The notes under the pieces: model-generated
Told to the model about the DNA's origin: nothing
What the model saw: the letters and a program-made list of their open reading frames with translations, nothing else
Databases searched by the model: none
Position numbers and translations under genes: made by a program
In this document: positions 1 through 10,564 of the stretch, piece by piece
Numbering within the stretch: position 1 is the first letter of the stretch
Layout: each line of letters starts with the position of its first letter
From: an uncultured delta proteobacterium
Lineage (GTDB): Bacteria; Desulfobacterota; Desulfobulbia; Desulfobulbales; BM004
DNA: 64,000 nt
NCBI GenBank assembly: GCA_963783905.1
Contig: CAWAPG010000007.1
Coordinates: 5,281 to 69,280 of the forward strand
Reading direction: 5' to 3'

Positions 1-1
1 T

Positions 2-2404
2 GTCCACAAACGCAAGATCGACAGTACGGGTTACGATCTGGCAATCCAGCGAGAACGCCGGGTTTTCAGGGATATCGCCCCCGATGATCCGGCCGATACC
101 CGTCCTACCGTGGGCATGAACCGTTCACTCCTGGTCAACACCTATTTCCCCTTCTTCAACCGTTTTTTTGCCGAATTGGGTTTCCGCCTTGTACTGCCGG
201 ACGAGATCGATCCCCGCGGCATGGATCGGCAGGGAACAGCATTCTGCTACCCCGTGGCGCTGGCCCATGCATATGCAGCGGGCCTGACGAAACTGGATCC
301 GGATTTCTATTTCATGCCGCTGCTGCGGTCCCTTCCGGTTGCTGGAGCCACAAAAGGCTACTACACCACCTGTGTCTTCGTGCAGGGGGAGCCGTTCTAC
401 CTGCAGACCGCCTTCCCCGAACTGACAAAGGAAAAAATTCTGACCCCGGCGCTTTACCTGTCCGACGGATTTATGGCGACTCTGCCCGCCCTGCGGGAAA
501 TGGCACCCAGGCTGGGCGTGAACCCGGCTGCTATCGAACCGGCTGTGGCAGCGGCTGCCGCGGCCCAGGAAAATTTTTCAACTGACATCAGACAGATGGG
601 CCGTGAAGCTCTGAACGCATTGCGCCGGGAGCCCGATTCTTTCGGAATTGTGCTTTTCGGCCGGCCGTACAACAGCTTTTCAGCGATAGCCAACAAAGGT
701 ATACCGGCCAAGTTCGCCAGCCGTGGATTCAGGATCATTCCGGTGGATATGCTGCCGGCCGGTGATACCGCAGATGAGGTGGTACCCAACATGTACTGGG
801 CCATGGGCCGGATTATCCTGTCCGGCGCCCGCTGGATCAAGGACGATCACCAACTGTTCGGCACCTATATCACCAACTTCTCCTGTGGACCTGATTCCTT
901 TATCATCAGCTACTTCCGGGATCTCATGGGCCGCAAACCTTCCCTGACCCTGGAATTGGACAGCCATACAGCAGACGCCGGCCTGGAAACCCGGATTGAA
1001 GCCTTCCTGGATATTGTTCGCTACTACAGACAGCTGAACCCGGGGAAAAGGAAACGGCAGACCAAACCATTCATTCCTGCCCGGCTGGAGGATTGCAGCA
1101 ACCGTCCCGGCATCAGGACTTCCGATAACGGGTGGCTGCCGCTCACTCATAAAAGCGTAAAGGTCATTCTGCCCTCCATGGGCCGTTTCGGCACCCCCCT
1201 GCTGGCCCGTGCATTCAATCGGATCGGCGTTCGGGCCGAGGCCTTGCCGGCGGCAAATGAACAGACCTTGAAACTGGGACGCGGCAATTCCAGCTGCAAG
1301 GAATGTTTGCCTCTACAGACCACCGTTGGCGCTATGCTCCAATACCTTCATAACAGGCGCAAAAACGAGGTGGTCGCCTATTACATGCCGAATGGTTACG
1401 GACCCTGCCGTTTCGGGCAGTACAATGTTTTTTCGGCACGGGCCATTGCCAAACATCGAATCCCCGATGTTGCGGTCATGTCGCCCACTTCCAAAACCGG
1501 TTACAGAAACCTGGGCGACCGTTTCCTGACTGCTGCCTGGCGGGCTTTGATCATCGGCGATCTGTTCGACGAAATGTGGGCCACCGTGCTTGCCGCAGCC
1601 AAAAACCACGAGGAGGGTCTGGCCCTTCTGGACATGGAATATCAGCGCATTCTGGCAGTAGTCGATCAGGGCTGGCCCACTGTGGCGGCCCGACTTTCCA
1701 AGAGTGCCAAGGCGCTGGCCGGCCTGCAGCTCAGGCGCCCTTATCATGAAATCCCCAAGATATCGCTGGTGGGTGAAATTTATGTCAGGCATGATCCCAT
1801 CTCCCTGCAGAGCTTGATCGAAAGGCTGGCCGATAAAGGGTTTGCGGTGCGGACAGCACCGAACGGAGAATGGATCAAGTATGTCGATTGGCTGGCCAGG
1901 AACCGGATTGAAGGGGAGCGTGATATGGGATTCCACATTCGGTACGCGGTCAAAGAGTACCTGAATTACCGTATCAGGAAGCGGCTGCAACCCTCAAACC
2001 TGTTCTTCGTGGACGGGTATGCCGCGGTGGAGCCGGTGCTAGAGGCCGGCCGCCGCTTCATTTCACCTCATTTCACCGGTGAAGCGATTCTGACCGTCGG
2101 TTCGGCCCTGCATGATATCCTTTATCCTTCCTGCGGGGTTATTTCCATCGGGCCATTCGGCTGTATGCCGTCCAGGGTAGCAGAAGCCGTGCTCAATGAA
2201 AAATTCACCACCGCGGCCAAACGTGACATAATGCGTCACAACGGCACCAGCCATTTTGCAAATATTCTGAACCAAGAGCGCAAACTCCCCTTCATGGCCA
2301 TTGAAACCGACGGCAATCCCTTCCCGCAGCTCATCGAGGCGCGGCTGGAAGCCTTCTGCCTGCAGGCCCGGCGGATAAATGAGATGATGCTCGAGTCCAG
2401 GTAA
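2..2404 (+). CDS. C-terminal ~800 aa of a giant BadF/BadG/BcrA/BcrD-type activase fused to a Cys-rich HgdB/DUF2229-like module. The 5' end lies outside the window.
   Basis: Track ORF 110..2404 begins at an internal Met. The same frame is open back to nt 2 (VHKRKIDSTGYDLAIQRERRVFRDIAPDDPADTRPTVGMNRSLL). It aligns with aa ~620-1423 of the full-length paralogue at 38410..42681 (IHNRKVKTVDHDLVIKRERRVFRDLAPADPTDIRPTVGMNRSLL). Shared blocks: NFSCGPDSF, SLTLELDSHTADAGLETRIEAFLDIVRYY, SCKECLPLQTT, GPCRxGQY, SIGPFGCMPSRVAEAVLNEKF. Confidence 0.85.
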   Translation, partial: VHKRKIDSTGYDLAIQRERRVFRDIAPDDPADTRPTVGMNRSLLVNTYFPFFNRFFAELGFRLVLPDEIDPRGMDRQGTAFCYPVALAHAYAAGLTKLDPDFYFMPLLRSLPVAGATKGYYTTCVFVQGEPFYLQTAFPELTKEKILTPALYLSDGFMATLPALREMAPRLGVNPAAIEPAVAAAAAAQENFSTDIRQMGREALNALRREPDSFGIVLFGRPYNSFSAIANKGIPAKFASRGFRIIPVDMLPAGDTADEVVPNMYWAMGRIILSGARWIKDDHQLFGTYITNFSCGPDSFIISYFRDLMGRKPSLTLELDSHTADAGLETRIEAFLDIVRYYRQLNPGKRKRQTKPFIPARLEDCSNRPGIRTSDNGWLPLTHKSVKVILPSMGRFGTPLLARAFNRIGVRAEALPAANEQTLKLGRGNSSCKECLPLQTTVGAMLQYLHNRRKNEVVAYYMPNGYGPCRFGQYNVFSARAIAKHRIPDVAVMSPTSKTGYRNLGDRFLTAAWRALIIGDLFDEMWATVLAAAKNHEEGLALLDMEYQRILAVVDQGWPTVAARLSKSAKALAGLQLRRPYHEIPKISLVGEIYVRHDPISLQSLIERLADKGFAVRTAPNGEWIKYVDWLARNRIEGERDMGFHIRYAVKEYLNYRIRKRLQPSNLFFVDGYAAVEPVLEAGRRFISPHFTGEAILTVGSALHDILYPSCGVISIGPFGCMPSRVAEAVLNEKFTTAAKRDIMRHNGTSHFANILNQERKLPFMAIETDGNPFPQLIEARLEAFCLQARRINEMMLESR

Positions 2405-2490
2405 AAAGCAGGAGGTGGCGCAACGTGAATTCAACCGCACCAGGAATCTATCTCCTCGGTGCCAAAACTGATCCCGGGGCGTAAAAAGAT

Positions 2491-3060
2491 CTATGTCTTG
2501 CTTTTAGGTTGCAGGTAGATTTGCTGCAGGCGGATAAAATAATCTAATCCGGACCATAAGGTGAGCAGTAGAGAGACATACAGGATAATTCGACCCAGAT
2601 CATGCAGAAACGGCAGCGGCAAAAGACCGAGGGGAAAAATCAAAATGCACAGTGCCGTGTATTGAAAAACGCTTTTGATCTTGCCGAGGCCGCTGGCCGA
2701 AACCACGATGCCGGAGGCTGCAGCCAGACCCCGTAATCCTGTCACCGCCATTTCCCTGGAGATGATCAGCAGGCTGACCCAGGCAGGAATTCTATCCAGG
2801 GGAATGAGCATGATAAGCGGTGTTGCTACAAGCATTTTATCCGCCAGGGGGTCCATCAGCTTGCCCAGGACCGACTCAATGCCGTATTTTCTGGCCAGAT
2901 AGCCATCGGCAAGGTCGGTTAACGCCCCGACAAGAAAAATAATAAAAGCAACAAGGGCTACGCCATCCGTGCTGTCTGGCCGGAGCAGAAACAATAAAAT
3001 CGGCACGATCGCAAATCGGCAGGCGGTCAGAATATTAGGTACTGTGTAGATGCTTTTCAT
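2491..3060 (-). CDS. pgsA: CDP-diacylglycerol--glycerol-3-phosphate 3-phosphatidyltransferase
   Basis: 189 aa polytopic membrane protein with the CDP-alcohol phosphatidyltransferase motif (DLADGYLARKYG...GKLMDPLADK). Confidence 0.85.
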   Translation of the reverse strand: MKSIYTVPNILTACRFAIVPILLFLLRPDSTDGVALVAFIIFLVGALTDLADGYLARKYGIESVLGKLMDPLADKMLVATPLIMLIPLDRIPAWVSLLIISREMAVTGLRGLAAASGIVVSASGLGKIKSVFQYTALCILIFPLGLLPLPFLHDLGRIILYVSLLLTLWSGLDYFIRLQQIYLQPKSKT

Positions 3061-3078
3061 ATTTTTTACGTTTCAGCC

Positions 3079-3663
3079 CTATTGTCTTGTCAGACCACTT
3101 ATTCTGCCTCTGCCGTATTCACGCAGCACTTTTTCAACATACCGCTCTGTTTCAGGGATCTTCGGGATGGAACCTTCCGCCAATACCCTCTTGGGACCGG
3201 CATTATAGGCGGCCAGGCCAAGCTGCAGATCACCCTGGAACAGATCCAGCAATTGCCGTAGATACCGGCTGCCGCCCATTATGTTCTCCCCGGCTTCGAA
3301 CGGGGCGCCAACTTTCATTTCCCTTGCCGTACCGGGCATGAGCTGCATCAACCCCATGGCCCCCTTTTCGGAAACCGCATACGGATTGAAACTAGATTCC
3401 ACCTTGATTATGGCCTTTATCAGTTCAGGGTCCAGGCTGTAACGTTCGGCGGCTGCGCTGATGTGTTCCCCGTAGCGTCCCCGGACTGCAGCATTTCGCA
3501 AGGCCTTATAGCCCGGCACTTGCCTGTAGCGAGGATCAGCGGGCACGTTGGAAAAATGCAGCCTGCCATACTGATCCACAAAGGAGTACATGGCTCCCTC
3601 GGCCCGGGGTAATGGCAGCAATACTATCAGGATGATGAAAAGCAGCGCTGACCGCATAAGCAA
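3079..3663 (-). CDS. Secreted lytic transglycosylase (SLT domain)
   Basis: N-terminal signal peptide. SLT catalytic block VESSFNPYAVSEKGAMGLMQLMPGTA and AYNAGP motif. Confidence 0.8.
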   Translation of the reverse strand: MLMRSALLFIILIVLLPLPRAEGAMYSFVDQYGRLHFSNVPADPRYRQVPGYKALRNAAVRGRYGEHISAAAERYSLDPELIKAIIKVESSFNPYAVSEKGAMGLMQLMPGTAREMKVGAPFEAGENIMGGSRYLRQLLDLFQGDLQLGLAAYNAGPKRVLAEGSIPKIPETERYVEKVLREYGRGRISGLTRQ

Positions 3664-3680
3664 ATACTCAGAAAAATAAA

Positions 3681-4325
3681 TTATTGGGTCCTCTTCTCCC
3701 AGTCGGCCAGAAATTTTTCCATGCCGATGTCCGTGAGCGGATGCTTCGCCAACTGATCAATCACCTTATAAGGGATTGTTGCAATATCAGCACCGATAAG
3801 GGCAGCTTCCATCACATGGACGGGGTTGCGGATACTGGCGACAATGACCTCGGTTTCATAACCGTAATTGCCGAAGATATTCATGATATCAATCACCAGA
3901 TCCATTCCGACCTGGGAGATATCATCCAGCCGGCCAACAAAAGGACTTACAAACGAGGCGCCGGCCTTGGCGGCCATTAATGCCTGGGTAGCCGAAAAAA
4001 TCAGGGTAACATTGGTCCTGATATCCTGGCTGCTTAAAATCTTTACAGCCTTCAAACCTTCTGTGGTCATCGGTATTTTGACCACGATATTCGGATGTAA
4101 GGCCGCCAGCTTTTTCCCCTCTGCAACCATTCCTTCTGCATCGAGACTGACAGCTTCGCCATTAACCGGTCCGTCAACCAGTTCACATATTTCCCGCAGC
4201 AACTCCTCAAAGGGTCTTTTCTCTCTGGCAATAAGAGAGGGATTGGTGGTGACGCCGTCCACCATGCCCAAGGCATTCGCCTTTTCAATCTCTTCGATAT
4301 TCGCCGTATCAATAAAAAATTTCAT
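3681..4325 (-). CDS. tal: Transaldolase / fructose-6-phosphate aldolase (short TalC/Fsa type)
   Basis: [13 protein letters not shown]...TTNPSL...KIP...[11 protein letters not shown]. Start moved to the Met at 4325 (MKFFIDTAN). This Met overlaps the upstream stop as ATGA. The track ORF has a 13-aa N-terminal extension. Confidence 0.85.
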   Translation of the reverse strand: MKFFIDTANIEEIEKANALGMVDGVTTNPSLIAREKRPFEELLREICELVDGPVNGEAVSLDAEGMVAEGKKLAALHPNIVVKIPMTTEGLKAVKILSSQDIRTNVTLIFSATQALMAAKAGASFVSPFVGRLDDISQVGMDLVIDIMNIFGNYGYETEVIVASIRNPVHVMEAALIGADIATIPYKVIDQLAKHPLTDIGMEKFLADWEKRTQ

Positions 4326-4594
4326 TCCTCTGCTCCTTTTTTCTGAAGAAACTTTTCGCAGCATTCATTACTGCAAAAATAATATATTTGTTTTTCATGA
4401 CGCAATCGAATCGCCTGACCCTTTGGAATAAGGGTATGACAAACAGGATCCTCTACCAGGACATCCTGAACCTCACCTCCGCGGTTGCCGGCGCTCCCCT
4501 TTGCATCAACCCCCTTATTCCTGCGGGGATTGGTGAGCAGGCGATAGAGAATATACAGGAGGCAACCGATGATGAGCAGACGCAGCGGCGTCAT
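4322..4594 (-). CDS. Small membrane-anchored YHS/TRASH-type Cys-motif protein
   Basis: N-terminal TM helix followed by [16 protein letters not shown]...[12 protein letters not shown]. Start overlaps the folK stop by 4 nt, and the stop overlaps the tal start. Confidence 0.6.
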   Translation of the reverse strand: MTPLRLLIIGCLLYILYRLLTNPRRNKGVDAKGSAGNRGGEVQDVLVEDPVCHTLIPKGQAIRLRHEKQIYYFCSNECCEKFLQKKGAEE

Positions 4595-5133
4595 TCTGAC
4601 ACCTCGTTGTTTAAACGGGACCAGGAAGTTTTTACCACCTGGGACCCCGAACCCTTCTCCGCATGTTTTACCACATATTCCTGCACCATTTCCACCGATG
4701 TTTTCCGGGTGACCGGATGGATCAAATCAGGTTCAATTTCAGCCAGCGGCAGCAGGACAAACAGTCGGGCGGCAATTTTTGGATGCGGCAGAATCACCCT
4801 GGGATCACTACTCATCCTGTCACCCCAGAAAAGAAGATCAAGATCAACCGTCCGGTCTCCGGCCTTGCCGGTGAAATCCCTTTTTCTGCCAAGACTTGCC
4901 TCTACCGCAAGCATTTCCTCCAGCAGTTCCAAGGGCTGCAGAGATGTCTTGAGACTGCCCGCTGCATTAATAAACCAGTTGGTTGATTCCATGTCCACTG
5001 GTTCGGAGCGGTAGGGACTCGAAAGAACAAGCAGTTCCACCCCCTTGACCTCGCCAAGCTTGGTCCAGGCCTGCAGCAGGTTTTCACGGCGGTTGCCCAG
5101 ATTGGAACCCAGGCCGATATAAACGGTAGTCAT
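4591..5133 (-). CDS. folK: 2-amino-4-hydroxy-6-hydroxymethyldihydropteridine diphosphokinase
   Basis: VYIGLGSNLGNRRENL... and DLDLLFWGD...HPR-like blocks typical of HPPK. Confidence 0.85.
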   Translation of the reverse strand: MTTVYIGLGSNLGNRRENLLQAWTKLGEVKGVELLVLSSPYRSEPVDMESTNWFINAAGSLKTSLQPLELLEEMLAVEASLGRKRDFTGKAGDRTVDLDLLFWGDRMSSDPRVILPHPKIAARLFVLLPLAEIEPDLIHPVTRKTSVEMVQEYVVKHAEKGSGSQVVKTSWSRLNNEVSE

Positions 5134-5147
5134 AGATGACGGAACTT

Positions 5148-6317
5148 TTAAAAGCCCGCTTTGGCCATACGGTCAACAGCCTCAACAAGCCTTTCTTTGG
5201 GCACGGTCAGCGTCATACGGACATATCCCTCGCCGGGTGCCCCGAAACCGTTTCCGGGAGTAGCGACAATGCCGCTCTTGTCGAGCAGGAGACCCGCAAA
5301 AGTAGCAGAAGTGTAACCGGATGGAACCTCAAACCAGAGGTAAAAAGTGGCCTTTGGCGGCGAAACGTTTATGCCAAGTTTCCGCAAACCGTCAACCAGG
5401 GTGTCACGACGTTCCGTATAAATTGCTCGCATATCGGCAAGACACTTCTGGTCGCCTTCCAGGGCCTCGATCCCAGCAACCTGTATGGCCTCGAAAATTC
5501 CTGAATCGATATTGCTTTTGATCCTGCCAAGTCCGCCGATAATCCTGGAATTACCTGCAGCCCAGCCAATTCTCCAGCCGGTCATGTTGTATGTCTTTGA
5601 CAGGGAATGGAATTCAATGCCGACATCCATGGCGCCCGGTACTTCCAGAAAACTGGGGGGAACGTAACTGTCAAAGGCCATCTCGGAATAGGCGAAATCA
5701 TGACAGATCATGATATTATGCCTTTCGGCAAAATCTATCACCTCCTGGAAGAAATCCCTGGTTGCTACTGCAGCGGTGGGATTGTTCGGATAATTCAGGA
5801 ACATCATTTTGGCCCTGCTGCATATGTTTTCCGGGATTACGGACAGGTCCGGCAAGAAATTGTTTTCCTGCAGCAGGGGCATTTCATGGGGTATACCGCC
5901 GGCAAATATGGTGGCAATGGCATAAACCGGATAAGCCGGACTGGGGACCAGAACAATATCACCCGGATTGATGAAAGCCAGCGGGATGTGCGCTATTCCC
6001 TCCTTTGAACCGATAAGTGATACCACATCCTGAACAGGATCCAGTTCAACCGCAGCACGCTTTTTGTACCAGCGGCTCACAGCCTTCCGGAACTCATTCA
6101 TGCCCGTGTAGCTTGGGTACCGGTGATAACGGGGCTCCGCGGCAGCCTCGGCCAATTTATCAATTATATTGCCAGGGGTGGGAAGATCCGGATCGCCGAC
6201 CCCGAGATCAATAACATCAACACCACGGGATTTTGCCTCGGCCTTTTTCCTGTCCAGTTCAGCAAAAAGATACGGCGGAAGCTGCTTCAGTCTGTCTGCC
6301 TGTTCAATTGTTATCAT
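5148..6317 (-). CDS. dapL: LL-diaminopimelate aminotransferase (class I/II aminotransferase)
   Basis: 389 aa PLP aminotransferase (LPPYLFAELD..., SLSKTYNMTGWRIGW). It sits directly in a dapB-dapA-dapF-lysA cluster that lacks dapD/dapC/dapE. Confidence 0.7.
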   Translation of the reverse strand: MITIEQADRLKQLPPYLFAELDRKKAEAKSRGVDVIDLGVGDPDLPTPGNIIDKLAEAAAEPRYHRYPSYTGMNEFRKAVSRWYKKRAAVELDPVQDVVSLIGSKEGIAHIPLAFINPGDIVLVPSPAYPVYAIATIFAGGIPHEMPLLQENNFLPDLSVIPENICSRAKMMFLNYPNNPTAAVATRDFFQEVIDFAERHNIMICHDFAYSEMAFDSYVPPSFLEVPGAMDVGIEFHSLSKTYNMTGWRIGWAAGNSRIIGGLGRIKSNIDSGIFEAIQVAGIEALEGDQKCLADMRAIYTERRDTLVDGLRKLGINVSPPKATFYLWFEVPSGYTSATFAGLLLDKSGIVATPGNGFGAPGEGYVRMTLTVPKERLVEAVDRMAKAGF

Positions 6318-6411
6318 TTTAAAATTGCCTGCGCGGGTTATGTTCTAAAAGGGATATGCGGACTATGCCTTAACAGAGCTATTGTGCCGGGATCGTTTGG
6401 CTCGTTTCGGT

Positions 6412-7221
6412 TTAGAGGTCCTGCAGTCCGAGGACATCAAACATGGAATACAACCCATTGGGCTGCTTCACCACCCAGGCTGCGGCCAGGGCCGCACCGC
6501 GGGCAAAATTGTCCCTGCTGTGGGCCCGGTGTGTCAGTTCAAGGCGTTCACCGGCTCCGGCAAAATAGACGGTATGCTCCCCGACAATATCCCCCGCCCT
6601 TATAGTTTGAAGTCCGATCTCCTTATCCGTCCGTTCACCGATTATGCCGTGCCGGGCAAAGACACCGACATTGTCGAGTTCGCGGCCCACCGCCTGGGCC
6701 ATCACTTCGCCCAGTTTCATGGCAGTACCGCTCGGGGCATCCTTTTTCATCCGGTGATGCGCTTCAACGATCTCCATGTCATAGTCATTACCCAGGATAG
6801 AGGCAACCTTGGCAGCCAACTTGAAAAGAACATTGACGCCTACTGCCATATTCGGAGCCTGAACACAGGGAAAATTTTCTGTTAATTCCCCGAGTTCGTT
6901 AAGATTTTCAGGACTCAATCCAGTGGTGCCGATAACCATGGCCCTGTTTTTTTCAGCGGCTTTTCGGGCAATCTGCATGGTGGCGGTATGAAAGGTGAAA
7001 TCAATAATGACATCACCCTGGTCAATGACAGCATCAAGCCCGGCGGCAATCTTGACCCCATTGGTACCGTATCCGCCCAGTTCGCCCATATCCTTTCCCA
7101 CATCAGAGCTCTCAGACCTTTCAAAACCGGCGGCAATCTGCAAGTCGGGATGCTGATTGACCATGTAGCCGATGCGCCTGCCCATGCGCCCGGCCGCGCC
7201 TGCAATGATGACCTTTGTCAT
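6412..7221 (-). CDS. dapB: 4-hydroxy-tetrahydrodipicolinate reductase
   Basis: MTKVIIAGAAGRMG Rossmann N-terminus, EAHHRMKKDAPSGTA motif. Confidence 0.9.
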   Translation of the reverse strand: MTKVIIAGAAGRMGRRIGYMVNQHPDLQIAAGFERSESSDVGKDMGELGGYGTNGVKIAAGLDAVIDQGDVIIDFTFHTATMQIARKAAEKNRAMVIGTTGLSPENLNELGELTENFPCVQAPNMAVGVNVLFKLAAKVASILGNDYDMEIVEAHHRMKKDAPSGTAMKLGEVMAQAVGRELDNVGVFARHGIIGERTDKEIGLQTIRAGDIVGEHTVYFAGAGERLELTHRAHSRDNFARGAALAAAWVVKQPNGLYSMFDVLGLQDL

Positions 7222-7327
7222 GCTTCTCTCCTCTTATCTTAATGCCAATATTTGCGGGCGTCGTAAAGAGCCCGACCTACTGCGGTACAGCACATTTTTG
7301 TTCAGCCGGCATACTTTATTAAAACTG

Positions 7328-8215
7328 CTATATCAGGCCGTAGTCAGCAAGGGCCACTTTCAGCCTGGACAGGGTTTCATCATTCATCGGGTAGAGCGGC
7401 AACCGCGGCGTGCCGGACTTGATTTTCCCCATCAATTCAAGTGATTTTTTTGCCGGTACCGGATTCGTGTCATAAAACATAGCCTTCATCAGCGGGAACA
7501 GCTTGTAATGCTGCTGTTTTGCCCGGTCCAGATCTCCGGCCAGGGCAGCATTCATCATATCCGCCATATCCTTTGGCGCCACATTCGAGACAACGGAAAT
7601 TACTCCGGTTCCGCCGATCAAAACCGTGGCCAATGACGTAAAATCATCTCCGGAAAGGATGGCAAAATCTTTCGGACAAAGCCTGATTACATCGCTGATC
7701 TGGTTCAGATCGCCTGTTGCCTCCTTTATCCCGACAATCGAATCTATTGCAGCCAGCCTTGCAACCGTCCCGGGCAGAATATTGGAGCCGGTCCTGCTCG
7801 GGACGTTGTAGAGGATTATCGGAATATCCACGGCTTCCGCCACCGCTTTATAGTGCCGGTACAACCCTTCCTGGGAAGGCTTATTGTAGTATGGCGACAC
7901 CATCAGAACCCCGTCGACACCGGCCTGTTTTGCATGTTCCGTAAGATCTATGGCCTCAGTTGTGCTGTTCGAGCCTGAGCCGGCCAGTACAGGCACCCTG
8001 CCGTTGACCGTCTTCACGGTTAATCGCACCACCTGATGATGCTCGTCATGGCTCATGGTGGCGGACTCGCCGGTGGTGCCGCAGGGAACGATGCCATGGG
8101 TGCCGTTTGCAATGTGAAATTCAATAAGATCAACCAGCCCCTGTTCATCTACCCGGCCGTCGACAAAGGGAGTTATAATCGCTACGAAAGCTCCTCGGAA
8201 AACACTCATCCTCAC
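7328..8215 (-). CDS. dapA: 4-hydroxy-tetrahydrodipicolinate synthase
   Basis: GAFVAIITPF, GTTGESATMS, YNVPSRTG and the active-site Lys context (IVGIKEATGD). Confidence 0.9.
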   Translation of the reverse strand: MRMSVFRGAFVAIITPFVDGRVDEQGLVDLIEFHIANGTHGIVPCGTTGESATMSHDEHHQVVRLTVKTVNGRVPVLAGSGSNSTTEAIDLTEHAKQAGVDGVLMVSPYYNKPSQEGLYRHYKAVAEAVDIPIILYNVPSRTGSNILPGTVARLAAIDSIVGIKEATGDLNQISDVIRLCPKDFAILSGDDFTSLATVLIGGTGVISVVSNVAPKDMADMMNAALAGDLDRAKQQHYKLFPLMKAMFYDTNPVPAKKSLELMGKIKSGTPRLPLYPMNDETLSRLKVALADYGLI

Positions 8216-8312
8216 ACTCCTCCTTCAGAGATTATTTGAAGTTTTTATTTGAGAATTAACACCTTATCGGGTGAATTTATTTTTTTCCAGTATAAATCAA
8301 CCGGATCGAATC

Positions 8313-9188
8313 TTATTCGTACAGCCCATCCGGTCCCATTGCACCTTCGTAGATTCTATGGACCGGGCCTTCCAGAAATATGCCGGCCCCAGGGTCAAGC
8401 TGCCGTACACCCTCTTTTTCCGTAACGGAAAAATGAATCGTCAGCCGTTCTCCGCCGGAAGTAATGACCGTAACCGGTGGATTTGCATGCTCCAACAGGA
8501 CGGCAACCAGGGCCGAGGCAACCGCTCCGGTGCCGCAGGCCAGGGTCTCTCCTTCCACGCCGCGTTCATAGGTCCTTACCATCAACGTATCATCGGGAAG
8601 CACCTGGATAAAATTCGCATTGGTCCCGGCGGGTTGAAACAATTCATGAAACCTGATCTCCCTGCCCCAGTCAGCCACCGGGATCATGCCGGCGTCGTTG
8701 ACCAAGAGCACCGTATGTGGCACCCCGGTATTAATGAAATGCAGCGTCTGTTCCACTCGGCCAATACTTAAGGGAATATTTAAGCGCAGGTCCTCCGGAG
8801 TGGTTAAACGTATCTTGACCGATTCGCCTGACGCATTGAGAACAAAGGCCTCAATGGCGCCGGCATCGGTTTCAAATCGCATGGCTGCCGGCGCAATATG
8901 CTTCTGATAGGCAAACCTGGCGGCACACCGTGCCCCGTTGCCGCACATCTCAGCCCTGCTGCCATCGCCATTATAAAACAGCCAGCGAAAATCGGCGTTG
9001 GCGGAATTCTCTATCAGAATCAAGCCGTCGGCGCCTACCGAAAATCTCCTTCTGCAGACCAGACGGGCAAATTCAGGCTGGTCAGCTTCAGTGATAATCG
9101 GCTGCCGGTGATCAATAATGATAAAATCATTGCCCGTTCCGCTCATCTTGGCAAATGGAATTGGAAATTGGAGGTCCTTCATATTCAT
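8313..9188 (-). CDS. dapF: Diaminopimelate epimerase
   Basis: FAKMSGTGNDFIIID, EMCGNGARCAA and LACGTGAVAS, the two catalytic Cys blocks. Confidence 0.9.
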   Translation of the reverse strand: MNMKDLQFPIPFAKMSGTGNDFIIIDHRQPIITEADQPEFARLVCRRRFSVGADGLILIENSANADFRWLFYNGDGSRAEMCGNGARCAARFAYQKHIAPAAMRFETDAGAIEAFVLNASGESVKIRLTTPEDLRLNIPLSIGRVEQTLHFINTGVPHTVLLVNDAGMIPVADWGREIRFHELFQPAGTNANFIQVLPDDTLMVRTYERGVEGETLACGTGAVASALVAVLLEHANPPVTVITSGGERLTIHFSVTEKEGVRQLDPGAGIFLEGPVHRIYEGAMGPDGLYE

Positions 9189-9252
9189 TGACCGTGCAAA
9201 ATTCCTCCGGAGTGTTTATCCCTGTTAATACGATGTATAACCTTTCCCAATG

Positions 9253-10524
9253 TTATTCCAGAAAATCGGGGATCGATTCATCCCGGATCAATGTTTCATA
9301 ATTTTCACGGGCGCGGATGATATAATACTGATCATCCTTGACCAGGACCTCCGCCGCCCGCGGCCGGGAATTGTAATTCGAGGACATGGTAAATCCATAG
9401 GCGCCGCTGCTCATGACCGCCATCAGGTCTCCCGGTGCATAAGCCGGCAGATCTCGATCCCTGGCAAGAAAATCGCCGGTTTCACAGATAGGCCCGACCA
9501 CATCCGCCTTTTGCAGTGTTTCGGCGGCTGCCTTGCCGGTTTTGCGGATGATCGGCTGAATATCATGATGGGCGTCATACAGGGTAGGCCGCGCCAGGTC
9601 ATTCATGGCTGCATCCACAATGATGAAATTCTTGGTGGCAGTCTTCTTGGTATAGAGAACCCGGCTTACCAGAACCCCGGCGTTGCTCACTATAACCCGG
9701 CCCGGTTCCAGGATCAAGGTGCAGTCCAGACCGGTCATCTCCTCCTTCAGGGCCCTGGCATACTCCTGGGGATGAGGTGGTTTTTCATCCAGGTAGCGCA
9801 CGCCAAGCCCACCGCCAATATCCAAATATTCTATTGAAATATTTTGAGATTTCAGACGATTTATGAATAATTTCACCTTGTGCAGTGTTTCTGTGAAGGG
9901 TGAAATCTCAGTCAACTGGGAGCCGATATGGCAGCTCACCCCCAGTATTTTGATATTGGACATGTCCCGGGCGCGCAGGTAAACCCTTTCAGCCTCTTCA
10001 ATGGGAATGCCGAACTTGTTTTTTGCCAGGCCGGTTGATATATAGGCATGCGTCTTGGGATCCACATCCGGGTTTATCCGAAAAGAGACCGGGGCAACAA
10101 GCTCCTGCTCCCGGGCTTCCTGCTGGAGTTTTTCCAACTCCTGTTCGGATTCGACGTTAAACATCAGAATGCCTGAAACCAGCCCGTAGCGCAATTCCTC
10201 TTCCGTCTTGCCGACGCCTGAATAGATTATCCGGCGCGGATCTATACCCGCCTTCATGGATCGATAGAGCTCGCCGCCCGAAACAATATCCGCACCTCCG
10301 CCCAGGGTGGAAAACAGGCGCAGAATTGCAAGGTTGGAGCAGGCTTTGACCGCAAAACAGGTCAAGTGGGACAGTTCTCCGAAACTTTTGTCAAAGGTGG
10401 TGAAATGGTGGTTCAGGGTTGCACTGCTGTAAAGGTAAAAAGGGGTGCCAACAGCCTCGGCAATTTCAGCTATGGCTACTGATTCACAGTACAACTCATT
10501 GTCTTTATAAATGAAATGATGCAT
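9253..10524 (-). CDS. lysA: Diaminopimelate decarboxylase
   Basis: 423 aa, FAVKACSN (PLP Lys), DIGGGLGV, CETGD, GAYGFTMSSNYN. Confidence 0.9.
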   Translation of the reverse strand: MHHFIYKDNELYCESVAIAEIAEAVGTPFYLYSSATLNHHFTTFDKSFGELSHLTCFAVKACSNLAILRLFSTLGGGADIVSGGELYRSMKAGIDPRRIIYSGVGKTEEELRYGLVSGILMFNVESEQELEKLQQEAREQELVAPVSFRINPDVDPKTHAYISTGLAKNKFGIPIEEAERVYLRARDMSNIKILGVSCHIGSQLTEISPFTETLHKVKLFINRLKSQNISIEYLDIGGGLGVRYLDEKPPHPQEYARALKEEMTGLDCTLILEPGRVIVSNAGVLVSRVLYTKKTATKNFIIVDAAMNDLARPTLYDAHHDIQPIIRKTGKAAAETLQKADVVGPICETGDFLARDRDLPAYAPGDLMAVMSSGAYGFTMSSNYNSRPRAAEVLVKDDQYYIIRARENYETLIRDESIPDFLE

Positions 10525-10564
10525 TGTTTTCTGTCGCTCACGAATTTAAATATTGTATCTGCCT